A DNA stretch of 8,285 nt from a virus. The stretch spans positions 1-8,285 of the IMG/VR virus record IMGVR_UViG_3300028805_001078. The stretch is one strand, 5' to 3'. Below, one piece after another: positions 1-5,364 of this stretch (its first letter is position 1; every line of letters starts with the position of its first letter). The position numbers were made by a program, and so were the translations under genes. Under the pieces are notes generated by a model. The model saw only the letters and a program-made list of their open reading frames with translations, did not search any database and was not told the origin of the DNA.

Positions 1-172
1 CAATCGTGATATTGGCACCAGCGGTCAGTTTATCCTGTTTCCCTTCCAGAACATTGGTAATATCAACAGAGGTATCATCAAGTTCGTTGACACGCTTGGT
101 GATAGCATTGACGTCTTCTCCGTGGTAGAGTTCGCCGTCACGGTAGTCCTCTCTAAGTTTTTTCTTTGCCAT
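1..172 (-). CDS. N-terminal 57 codons of a tail-fibre-like protein (5' end in window, ORF continues past the left edge)
   Basis: ATG at 172-170, open through position 2. Translation by hand: MAKKKLREDYRDGELYHGEDVNAITKRVNELDDTSVDITNVLEGKQDKLTAGANITI. It is not in the supplied track because it is truncated. The start context CTACAATGGCA matches the other genes. The DG-x-LY-x-x-EDVN-x-I motif and the LTAGANITI-type shaft motif recur in phage fibre/receptor-binding proteins (recollection). It sits at the distal end of the structural operon. Confidence 0.55.
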   Translation of the reverse strand, partial: MAKKKLREDYRDGELYHGEDVNAITKRVNELDDTSVDITNVLEGKQDKLTAGANITI

Positions 173-191
173 TGTAGTTTAGTGTTTGTTT

Positions 192-671
192 TTATGAAAG
201 GGTTGCAGGTAAAGCCATACCAAGGCGCCAATCCGTTGACAAGAGGTCTCCACAGGTACCGAGAACACTCTCGCAGGTAACGTCAACAGTAGCGTATACG
301 CCAGCCAGGTAGTCCATGAACTGCTGTTCGAACGGAGTGTACTCAACCGAAGTGGTAGCCTCCACGCCGTGAACGTTGTTCAGGTTGTTCACTATCGTCT
401 GGAGTACGTTGACTCCATCGGCGTATATCGCATTGACATTACTCTTGTCCTGTAACAAGCGGTCTCCGTAGTAAAGGATGAACCTGTATGTCGTAAGCGT
501 GTCATTCGACTGTACGGATTGCAGTCCTACATTGACGCTACCGTACTTGGCCTCAGCGCTATTCCAGTTCTCATAGACGTCACCCTCGTAAACCGAGTGA
601 ACAGGATTCTGCTGTGCAGCAACCCACTTGATGACATTGATGAGTTCAGTAAATTCTACTACATATTCCAT
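192..671 (-). CDS. hypothetical virion protein, candidate neck/head-tail joining or tail-completion protein (159 aa)
   Basis: ATG at 671 is preceded by a 12-nt intergenic spacer that is a perfect SD (AGGAGGTGAACC-ATG). Globular, non-repetitive composition. Located between the portal/adaptor candidates and the fibre-like gene. No family recognised with certainty. Confidence 0.75.
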   Translation of the reverse strand: MEYVVEFTELINVIKWVAAQQNPVHSVYEGDVYENWNSAEAKYGSVNVGLQSVQSNDTLTTYRFILYYGDRLLQDKSNVNAIYADGVNVLQTIVNNLNNVHGVEATTSVEYTPFEQQFMDYLAGVYATVDVTCESVLGTCGDLLSTDWRLGMALPATLS

Positions 672-675
672 GGTT

Positions 676-683
676 CACCTCCT
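676..683 (-). promoter_or_regulatory. Shine-Dalgarno site (AGGAGGTG) for the 159-aa gene
   Basis: Minus strand reads TAA-AGGAGGTGAACC-ATG, with the GGAGG core 6 nt from the ATG. The site occupies essentially the whole intergenic gap 672-683. Confidence 0.7.
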
Positions 684-1196
684 TTATCCCAGATAAATGC
701 CTGTATTGTACGCCTTCGGATTCGAGTGCATGTCTGCTGACGAATCAATCTTGCAGTACTCAGGGTATTTGGACCTGTTCGCGCACAGATAGTCAGAAAG
801 ACGCTTGCTGTAGAACGTAGCCTTGTTCTCGTAGTTCTGGATGACGTATTGCAGGTCGTGCATTGACGGCGTGTAGGTATTGTCACCCGTCTGCTGAACC
901 ACCCCTTGATTCCTAACCTTGAAGGCCAGCGGAATCTGAATATCCGCAGTCACCTTGTTCAGCAGATACGGAGTAACATACTCATCCAGTAGCAACTTGT
1001 AGTCTTCTTCCTGGAGTATCCGACGGGATTCAACCAGATCCATCAACCTGTTGTACAGTTTGGTTCCAAGGAGAGGCTGCAAGCCAGCGTCCTGTGCGTA
1101 CTCGATAGCAGGCAACAGGTACATCTCGTCAACGTTGTTGTTGATAACCGAGTTCTCCTTGAGTGTCTTCGCGCTTATTAGAAATACTTTTGCCAT
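684..1196 (-). CDS. putative head-tail adaptor/connector (gp6-like) protein, 170 aa
   Basis: ATG at 1196 lies 2 nt after the portal stop. GGAGG lies 7 nt upstream, inside the portal 3' end (GAGGAGGCATAACT-ATG). The N-terminus ISAKTLKENSVINNNVDEMYLLPAIEYAQDAGLQPLLGTKLYNRL resembles the '...nvd...l.p.I..Aq...i.p.LG..ly..l' signature of gp6/Ad1-type head-tail connectors (recollection, not searched). Position immediately 3' of the portal. Confidence 0.5.
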   Translation of the reverse strand: MAKVFLISAKTLKENSVINNNVDEMYLLPAIEYAQDAGLQPLLGTKLYNRLMDLVESRRILQEEDYKLLLDEYVTPYLLNKVTADIQIPLAFKVRNQGVVQQTGDNTYTPSMHDLQYVIQNYENKATFYSKRLSDYLCANRSKYPEYCKIDSSADMHSNPKAYNTGIYLG

Positions 1197-1198
1197 AG

Positions 1199-2275
1199 TT
1201 ATGCCTCCTCAGTTTTTGAAAGTTCAAACGGAACGAAGTCAAACGCTGCATCAACGCCGAATATCTTGTTGAAGGTGCGTTTCAAGTCCCTTTGAATAGG
1301 TTGTACGGTCGTCTTGTTGTACAACTCGAACGCTTCCGTAAACTCCTGCTTGTTGAACGCCGTTCCTTCAAGGCTGTAGCCGAACAACTGAGGTATCGCG
1401 CGGAAGGCTACGAAAACCTCTTTGTACGTGTCCGTACGCAGACTCTCATACTTCTTGTCAAACTGGTCATCCTGGATGCGTTCTACGGTAACTCCGTTGT
1501 CCTTGCTGTCGTTGAACGATACAAGGAACTTGCCCGCGTTGTCTGCACCAGAGAATTTCTGTTTGATGCGACGTTCAATGTCCTCCTGTACATCCTCGGT
1601 AGGCTGGCCGTTGTTGAAGTTGATGATGAAGTTCCCTGAGAAGTTGTTTAATATGGAATTCAGGTGGAACTTGCTGATTTCGGTACTCGTCTCGATGGCG
1701 TTCAATGCACCGTTGTAACGGGGAATCGGGTATACGCCGCGAGAGATGTGGCCTTTGAAGTAGTACACGGAGGTCTTAGGCTTCTTCTCCGCCTTCGGGT
1801 CAAACACGTCGTAGACTGTGTAGTCGTTCGCGTGCTTAATCCAGTCCTCGGAATAGTAAGCCTTGTCCCCCTCTTTGTTGAGTCGGACATTACGGAAGTC
1901 AAGCCAGTAAATCTCATTGATTTCACCTAACTTGTTGTATATGATTTGCAGGGAGAAACCGCCGAAGATAAGGTAGTCAGCGGTAATCTTCTTGATGATG
2001 TCTTCAAGAGTCTCACCGTCGGCGTTAGCCTCTTCTTTCAGGCGTTGAATTGTTGGCGCTTCGGCAAACACCAGGCCGTTTCCTCCTACGTAGTTCGCCG
2101 TGCCCTCTACGATAGACTGCAAGAGTGCAGAACGTAGATAGAGTTCCCAGAGATAGTTCGGGAATCTGTTGTCTTGTCCGTAACTCAGATAAGGTTTACC
2201 TGAGTTCTCTTTTTCAACAAAGGTCGGAACCACTTTGACAGGCGAATCGAATATACCGAATTTCAGGTTATCCAT
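1199..2275 (-). CDS. phage portal protein (Phage_portal / PBSX-family-like), 358 aa
   Basis: Three motif blocks fit the portal family as I remember it. (1) FPNYLWELYLRSALLQSIVEGTANYVGGNG. (2) ADYLIFGGFSLQIIYNKLGEINEIYWLDFRNVRL. (3) The C-terminal block ...EDIERRIKQKFSGADNAGKFLVSF...EVFVAFRAIPQLFGYS...FELYNKTTVQPIQRDL, matching 'e.w...ysG.eNaGk..vl' and 'i..af.vPp.llG ... f...tv.P.q'. The ATG overlaps the upstream stop (ATGGATAA). Confidence 0.8.
   Translation of the reverse strand: MDNLKFGIFDSPVKVVPTFVEKENSGKPYLSYGQDNRFPNYLWELYLRSALLQSIVEGTANYVGGNGLVFAEAPTIQRLKEEANADGETLEDIIKKITADYLIFGGFSLQIIYNKLGEINEIYWLDFRNVRLNKEGDKAYYSEDWIKHANDYTVYDVFDPKAEKKPKTSVYYFKGHISRGVYPIPRYNGALNAIETSTEISKFHLNSILNNFSGNFIINFNNGQPTEDVQEDIERRIKQKFSGADNAGKFLVSFNDSKDNGVTVERIQDDQFDKKYESLRTDTYKEVFVAFRAIPQLFGYSLEGTAFNKQEFTEAFELYNKTTVQPIQRDLKRTFNKIFGVDAAFDFVPFELSKTEEA
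1204..1210 (-). promoter_or_regulatory. Shine-Dalgarno site (GAGGAGG) for the 170-aa gene, embedded in the portal 3' end
   Basis: Minus strand reads ACT GAG GAG GCA TAA CT ATG. The GGAGG core (1208-1204) lies 7 nt from the ATG at 1196. Confidence 0.55.
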
Positions 2276-2594
2276 TGTATTGTATCTTTTGCTTGTTAAA
2301 AGTGTTGTTTACTACAGGCGTCCTGTGATAGTCTCCGAACGTAAGCAAACCCGTCTCTAAGACCTGTGCATAGTCACCGTACAATGTGTACTTGTACTCG
2401 CCAGTTTCCAGGGATGAAAGGTCGCCCAACGCCAGTCTATAGAACAGGGGCGATGCAGAAACATTTTCACCATCTTCAACTATGGTAATATCACCTGTGA
2501 GGTTTGATGATAATTCAACGGTAAAACCAGTTGACGAAGTGTTACCGTGACGCGGGATGTCAATGTGCCCGCTGAGTTCGCTGATATATATCAT
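2268..2594 (-). CDS. small beta-rich hypothetical virion protein (108 aa from ATG 2594; the track's 130-aa version starts at a TTG at 2660)
   Basis: The track ORF begins with TTG at 2660, inside the stem of the upstream terminator hairpin, and a TAA lies in frame at 2669-2667. The first ATG (2594) follows the terminator and an A/C-rich leader like the other genes. The product MIYISELSGHIDIPRHG...GEYKYTLYGDYAQVLETGLLTFGDY looks like a small beta-sandwich. Its stop overlaps the portal ATG by 8 nt, which suggests translational coupling. Confidence 0.6.
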   Translation of the reverse strand: MIYISELSGHIDIPRHGNTSSTGFTVELSSNLTGDITIVEDGENVSASPLFYRLALGDLSSLETGEYKYTLYGDYAQVLETGLLTFGDYHRTPVVNNTFNKQKIQYNG

Positions 2595-2620
2595 AGCCGT
2601 GTTGTTATGTTTTGTTTGAT

Positions 2621-2665
2621 AGAAAAAGGAGGTTGGAGTTGCCTTATCGGTTACTCTCAACCCCC
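2621..2665 (-). terminator. rho-independent terminator after the 176-aa gene
   Basis: Minus strand reads GGGGGTTGAGAGT-(13-nt loop)-ACTCCAACCTCC followed by TTTTTCT. Pairing is 2628-2639 with 2653-2665: 11 Watson-Crick bp, one A.C mismatch and one bulged base. A T5 run (A5 at 2623-2627 on plus) follows directly after the stem. It lies 28 nt downstream of the stop at 2693. Confidence 0.7.
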
Positions 2666-2692
2666 TTTATTCCTAATTTGATGTCTTATGCG

Positions 2693-3223
2693 TTACGCTA
2701 CTGGGTCGTACAACCCGTGGAATGCGTCTGCATCTACCTCGTAAGGCAGTTCGGCAGAAGTATCCGTCAGAGTCAACTCGTAGTGGTTGCTGTCTGCAAC
2801 TGCCGTACCAGTTTGTGCTGAACCAGCGGTGCATTCAACGTAGTTGTCTTTACCGAGGTACCAGAGTTTTCCGTTACCATCCTCAACTACCACTGCGCAA
2901 GAACTCATCATAATCGCCATAATCTCGATGCGCTTACCAGTCTCCATCTTCATAAACTGAATGGTAACCTCGTTTGTGAAGTAGGATGCAGATGTCTCGC
3001 TAGTGTTCAATGTAGAAGTCAAAGAACCAGTAGACTTCAAGAGTTTGTACTCCTTGAATTTCTTGCCTGTCACCATCGTAGGCGTCAACAGATTAGAAGA
3101 ACTGTCCACAGACGTTGATTCTACATCGTCAATAAGCGCAATAAACACCCTTTTAATACCACCGAATGATGATTGTTTGCAGGCGTCATTCCATCCACCT
3201 AATGTATATGAATTACAAGCCAT
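2693..3223 (-). CDS. abundant structural protein, tail-tube (major tail)-like; a head decoration/fibre protein is the alternative (176 aa)
   Basis: ATG at 3223 in context ACAACAATGGCT. The pattern GGIKRVFIA...FKEY..L...GSLTSTL......SYFTNEVTIQF.KM......EI.......AVVVEDGNGKLWYLGKDN.....AGSAQTGTAVADSNHYELTLTD matches my memory of small siphovirus tail-tube proteins ('...v.v.d.nGk.w.lG...g......a.tG.a..D.NgY.ltl'). The gene is bracketed by hairpin terminators on both sides, as expected for a high-copy virion protein. No search was run. Confidence 0.4.
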   Translation of the reverse strand: MACNSYTLGGWNDACKQSSFGGIKRVFIALIDDVESTSVDSSSNLLTPTMVTGKKFKEYKLLKSTGSLTSTLNTSETSASYFTNEVTIQFMKMETGKRIEIMAIMMSSCAVVVEDGNGKLWYLGKDNYVECTAGSAQTGTAVADSNHYELTLTDTSAELPYEVDADAFHGLYDPVA

Positions 3224-3252
3224 TGTTGTATTGCGTTTTTGTCTGTTTAATT

Positions 3253-3285
3253 AAGAGGGGCGACGCGGGAACGCCGCCCCGTCTT
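3253..3285 (-). terminator. GC-rich hairpin / leaky terminator immediately after the major capsid gene
   Basis: Plus strand reads AAGA-GGGGCG-A-CG-cgggaa-CG-C-CGCCCC-g-TCTT. GGGGCG (3257-3262) pairs with CGCCCC (3275-3280) and there are 2 inner bp. The outer AAGA/TCTT extension needs one bulge. It lies 26 nt after the MCP stop. On the minus strand only a weak T-tract follows (TCTTAATT), so partial read-through is likely. Confidence 0.6.
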
Positions 3286-3306
3286 CTTTGATGTCCTGGG
3301 CCTAGA

Positions 3307-4188
3307 TTAGGCTACAAGTACAATCTCGTCAGGGAATGCTACTTGTACACCAGCGTTGAAGTTGATTGCCAGGCGGAACTCTTGGTTGTCTTGGCTGTAC
3401 CAGAGGTCGAACTTCTCGTCGTCACCCTCCATGTCAACACCGTAGTAGATGTTCTCAGGGTCAGCGGCTACGATAGCGCCAGAAGCGTTCAAACCAGCAA
3501 CACCGTGAACCTTGGTAGAAGTACCAGGAAGGATAATCTCCAGGCTTTCGTCTACGGCAGGATTGTGATGATAGAGGTTCTTAGCGGTCAACTCAAGAAC
3601 GAGGTCGCGGAAAGCGTCTACACCCATGAAGATTTCAGCCTTGTCCAGTTTGCTTGCAGGGATAGCCTTGTAAGCAGCAAGGGTCTTGTCATAGATGGTG
3701 TCTGCGCTAGATACACTCGGAGTGATTACGTCACTCTCACCTGCGAGGATAGTCAAGATACCGTCCATACGGTCCTGCGCCTTAACACCCTGCCAGATGT
3801 TGTGTTCCATTGCTTTCTTTACGCCGTCGATAACGCCGTTAACGAAATCCTCCTCGAACGGAAGCGATTTCTGACCAGCGGCTACACGTACCTGATAACC
3901 AGTCCAGTACTTCAACATCGCCTTGTCACAGAACGACATGTTAACCTTGAAGTTACCTACCTCCAGGATACGCTGCGAGAACTCGCTAGTACCTGCCTCG
4001 TTCCAACCGCAAGCGGCGCCGTCACCGAACTCTACATCGGTAGAAAGGATGTTCAGGGCTGCACTGTGTTTGATACCAGTCTGGAGATTGAAGAACTTCA
4101 CAGACGGTGCAGCAAAAATAGTCTTACGAATCAGAGGAAGACGTTGTTCCTCTACATAGGCTGTCAAGCCAGATGTGCTAATTGCCAT
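3307..4188 (-). CDS. major capsid protein (HK97-fold-like), 293 aa
   Basis: Canonical position directly after the protease and scaffold. The size is typical of a delta-domain-less MCP that uses a separate scaffold. There is strong codon bias: no TTA, CTA or TCA codon between 3343 and 4188, which is why a 291-aa codon-aligned antisense ORF exists. A hairpin terminator follows. A/C-rich SD-less leader ACACAAACACAATGGCA. The sequence looks like small HK97-type coat proteins, but the family was not verified. Confidence 0.75.
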   Translation of the reverse strand: MAISTSGLTAYVEEQRLPLIRKTIFAAPSVKFFNLQTGIKHSAALNILSTDVEFGDGAACGWNEAGTSEFSQRILEVGNFKVNMSFCDKAMLKYWTGYQVRVAAGQKSLPFEEDFVNGVIDGVKKAMEHNIWQGVKAQDRMDGILTILAGESDVITPSVSSADTIYDKTLAAYKAIPASKLDKAEIFMGVDAFRDLVLELTAKNLYHHNPAVDESLEIILPGTSTKVHGVAGLNASGAIVAADPENIYYGVDMEGDDEKFDLWYSQDNQEFRLAINFNAGVQVAFPDEIVLVA

Positions 4189-4210
4189 TGTGTTTGTGTG
4201 TTTTTTGTCT

Positions 4211-4726
4211 TTAGTTAGCGAAGTACCTCAATGCGCCTTGCTTCTCAGCGTGCTTAACAGCCTCCTTTGCTGGTTCTGCGGCTGACATCTCAAGTGCCTC
4301 TTTTTGTTTTGCCAACTCTGCCTCTAACTCGGCAATCTTGGCTTCTTTCTCTGCAAGTTCTGCTTCCAATTCAGCAATCCTTGCGTCTTTTTCATCGGGT
4401 TCAGATGCAGGTTCGGGTTCTTCCTCTGCCTGTGCAACTGGCTCTGCGGGTGCCTCAGGTGCAGGTTCCTCAGCAGGTTCCTCGGCTTTCGGCTGTTCCT
4501 CAACCTCTTTCAGGCGAATCTCAACAACCTTGCCTTCTGCTACTACGATAACCTTGTCCTCAGCCTCGTACTCACCGTCCTCAGCAGGTACAAAACCGTC
4601 TTCCTTTTGAACAAATACCTCCAAGCCGACTTCCAGGTCGCCGTCTACGATGAGAACGGCCTTGTCAGTCTCAATCTCGGCCAGTTTCAGCATCTGTTTC
4701 CAAAGTTTAAGAACGTTTGTATTCAT
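4211..4726 (-). CDS. head scaffolding-like protein (171 aa from ATG 4726; the track start is a GTG at 4747 overlapping the protease 3' end)
   Basis: Located between the protease and the MCP. The N-terminal region is a short beta-type module: VDGDLEVGLEVFVQKEDGFVPAEDGEYEAEDKVIVVAEGKVVEI. A Pro/Glu/Ala acidic linker follows, then the heptad coiled coil ARIAELEAELAEKEAKIAELEAELAKQKEALE and a basic/aromatic C-terminal tail (KQGALRYFAN). ATG 4726 lies 4 nt after the protease TAA in the shared AAACAATG context, so it is preferred over GTG 4747. Confidence 0.65.
   Translation of the reverse strand: MNTNVLKLWKQMLKLAEIETDKAVLIVDGDLEVGLEVFVQKEDGFVPAEDGEYEAEDKVIVVAEGKVVEIRLKEVEEQPKAEEPAEEPAPEAPAEPVAQAEEEPEPASEPDEKDARIAELEAELAEKEAKIAELEAELAKQKEALEMSAAEPAKEAVKHAEKQGALRYFAN
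4310..4378 (-). repeat. two tandem 14-codon (42-nt) units encoding IAELEAELA-EKEAK / IAELEAELA-KQKEA inside the scaffold gene
   Basis: Copy 1 (4378-4352): ATT GCT GAA TTG GAA GCA GAA CTT GCA. Copy 2 (4336-4310): ATT GCC GAG TTA GAG GCA GAG TTG GCA. The nine residues are identical, and 7 of 27 nt differ, all synonymously. Confidence 0.85.
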
Positions 4727-4730
4727 TGTT

Positions 4731-5321
4731 TTACTGTATGATTTCACTTAACCATTCGTCGTAACTCTTCTCCTCGACCTTTGGGGCCTCAGCCTCTTCG
4801 AACTTCTCAGGTGAAAGGTTGAACAAACCTTGCAGGCTGAATCCGTTCAATTTGTTGCCGTTCACGATTTCTTTCCAGAGTTCCTCGTTATCCACCTTGT
4901 AAGAGGCTACCCAAGATCCATCTGGGATGTCCGCGAACTCCACTGGGGCGATTCCCCTCTCGCTGTTCACGATGTAAGACTCAATCATGTAGATGCCGTC
5001 AACGAACTTCTCATCGTCGTGCTGGAGGTTAACCTGCTTGAACAAGTCCATGCGGGCGAACTTCTCCACCATCTTCTGAATGGTCTCCTTGGTAAAGACA
5101 ACGTAGTACTCTCCGTACTTCTCGTTGTAGCGGTAAATCGGGGTGTCAGCGAGGCAAACCACACCAGTAATGATGTGCTTGGAGTCATCGAAGTTTAACT
5201 TCACAGGCTTCTCCTCGCCGAAACAAAGGAAATTACGCTGAACCGCTGGTACGTCCACTAATGAGATAGCGTCGATACCAGTCCCGTCCATTTCGTCTAT
5301 GTTGATGTAAAATACTTTCAT
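4731..5321 (-). CDS. putative prohead protease, XkdF-like (Peptidase_S78_2-type) domain, 196 aa
   Basis: AISLVDVPAVQRNF..F, ITGVVCLADTPIYRYNEKYGEYYVVFTKETIQKMVEKFAR....QVNLQHDD and NGFSLQG correspond to the conserved blocks I recall for XkdF-like phage proteins ('slVd.PA...F', 'v.y.pd..D..g..is.eeIekaah.f', 'vd..H', 'G.SieG'). It lies immediately upstream of the scaffold and MCP. Candidate catalytic residues are His101 and Ser162 (inference). Confidence 0.7.
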   Translation of the reverse strand: MKVFYINIDEMDGTGIDAISLVDVPAVQRNFLCFGEEKPVKLNFDDSKHIITGVVCLADTPIYRYNEKYGEYYVVFTKETIQKMVEKFARMDLFKQVNLQHDDEKFVDGIYMIESYIVNSERGIAPVEFADIPDGSWVASYKVDNEELWKEIVNGNKLNGFSLQGLFNLSPEKFEEAEAPKVEEKSYDEWLSEIIQ

Positions 5322-5364
5322 CGTCGTTTCCTACACAGTTAATATCGTTTTAATGCGAAGCGCA

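Noticed and set aside
25-231. Track ORF of 68 aa (MAPWYGFTCNPF...) at the left edge.
   Set aside because: It overlaps the 3' end of the 159-aa gene and has an implausible composition. A different frame starting at ATG 172 gives a clean fibre-like N-terminus with the shared ACAATGGC start context and stays open to the window edge. That frame was annotated instead.
659-886. 75-aa Arg/Thr-rich minus-strand ORF overlapping the 3' part of the 170-aa gene. Also the Ser/Ala-rich plus-strand ORFs 4267-4551 and 4338-4610 in the scaffold gene.
   Set aside because: These are alternative-frame read-outs of real genes. Their extreme compositions are typical of out-of-frame translation of GC-balanced coding DNA or of the GAG/GCA-rich scaffold region, and they have no independent signals.
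1292-2137. Plus-strand ORFs 1292-1639, 1422-1718, 1664-1930 and 1946-2137, and minus-strand 1702-1926, inside the portal gene.
   Set aside because: Three of the plus-strand ORFs share the codon-aligned antisense register of the portal (coordinates = 2 mod 3). The products are Arg/Leu/Val-rich or Arg/Thr-rich junk. The portal frame carries recognisable family motifs.
2595-2660. TTG-initiated N-terminal extension (MRVTDKATPTSFFYQTKHNNTA) of the small beta protein.
   Set aside because: The extension would start inside the stem of the upstream rho-independent terminator, uses a rare TTG, and has no RBS. ATG 2594 follows the terminator and an A/C-rich leader.
4113-4120. Matches to the Bacteroides -7 promoter motif TAnnTTTG on the minus strand (TATTTTTG at 4113-4120 and TAGGTTTG at 7084-7091).
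   Set aside because: Both lie inside coding sequence (the MCP 5' region and the TMP-like gene) with no sensible downstream start and no obvious -33 TTTG partner. An 8-mer with 2 free positions is expected by chance in 8 kb. No such motif occurs in any intergenic gap.
3307-4188. Possibility that the ~290-aa HK97-fold protein is an encapsulin shell with cargo rather than a phage capsid.
   Set aside because: It is embedded in an operon with a portal, a prohead protease, a scaffold, a tape-measure-like protein and a fibre-like protein, which is diagnostic of a tailed phage and not of an encapsulin locus.
3343-4218. A 291-aa plus-strand ORF almost exactly mirroring the 293-aa capsid gene, which could look like an antisense overlapping gene.
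   Set aside because: It is in the codon-for-codon antisense register (both codon sets start at coordinates = 1 mod 3). In that register, antisense stops arise only from sense TTA, CTA and TCA codons. The highly biased MCP gene simply lacks those codons. The translated product is low-complexity (Leu/Val/Ser/Thr/Arg-rich), with no start context or RBS.
4727-4747. GTG start at 4747 giving a 178-aa scaffold that overlaps the protease gene by 17 nt.
   Set aside because: ATG 4726 lies 4 nt after the protease TAA in the consensus AAACAATG context used by the other genes. The extra 7 residues (MKSYSKT) are just the protease 3' end read in another frame. The call is not fully excluded.
5354-5364. Mini-palindrome TGCGAAGCGCA just after the 741-aa gene stop, as a possible terminator before the protease gene.
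   Set aside because: It has only a 4-bp stem with a 3-nt loop and no U-tract, which is too weak to call.
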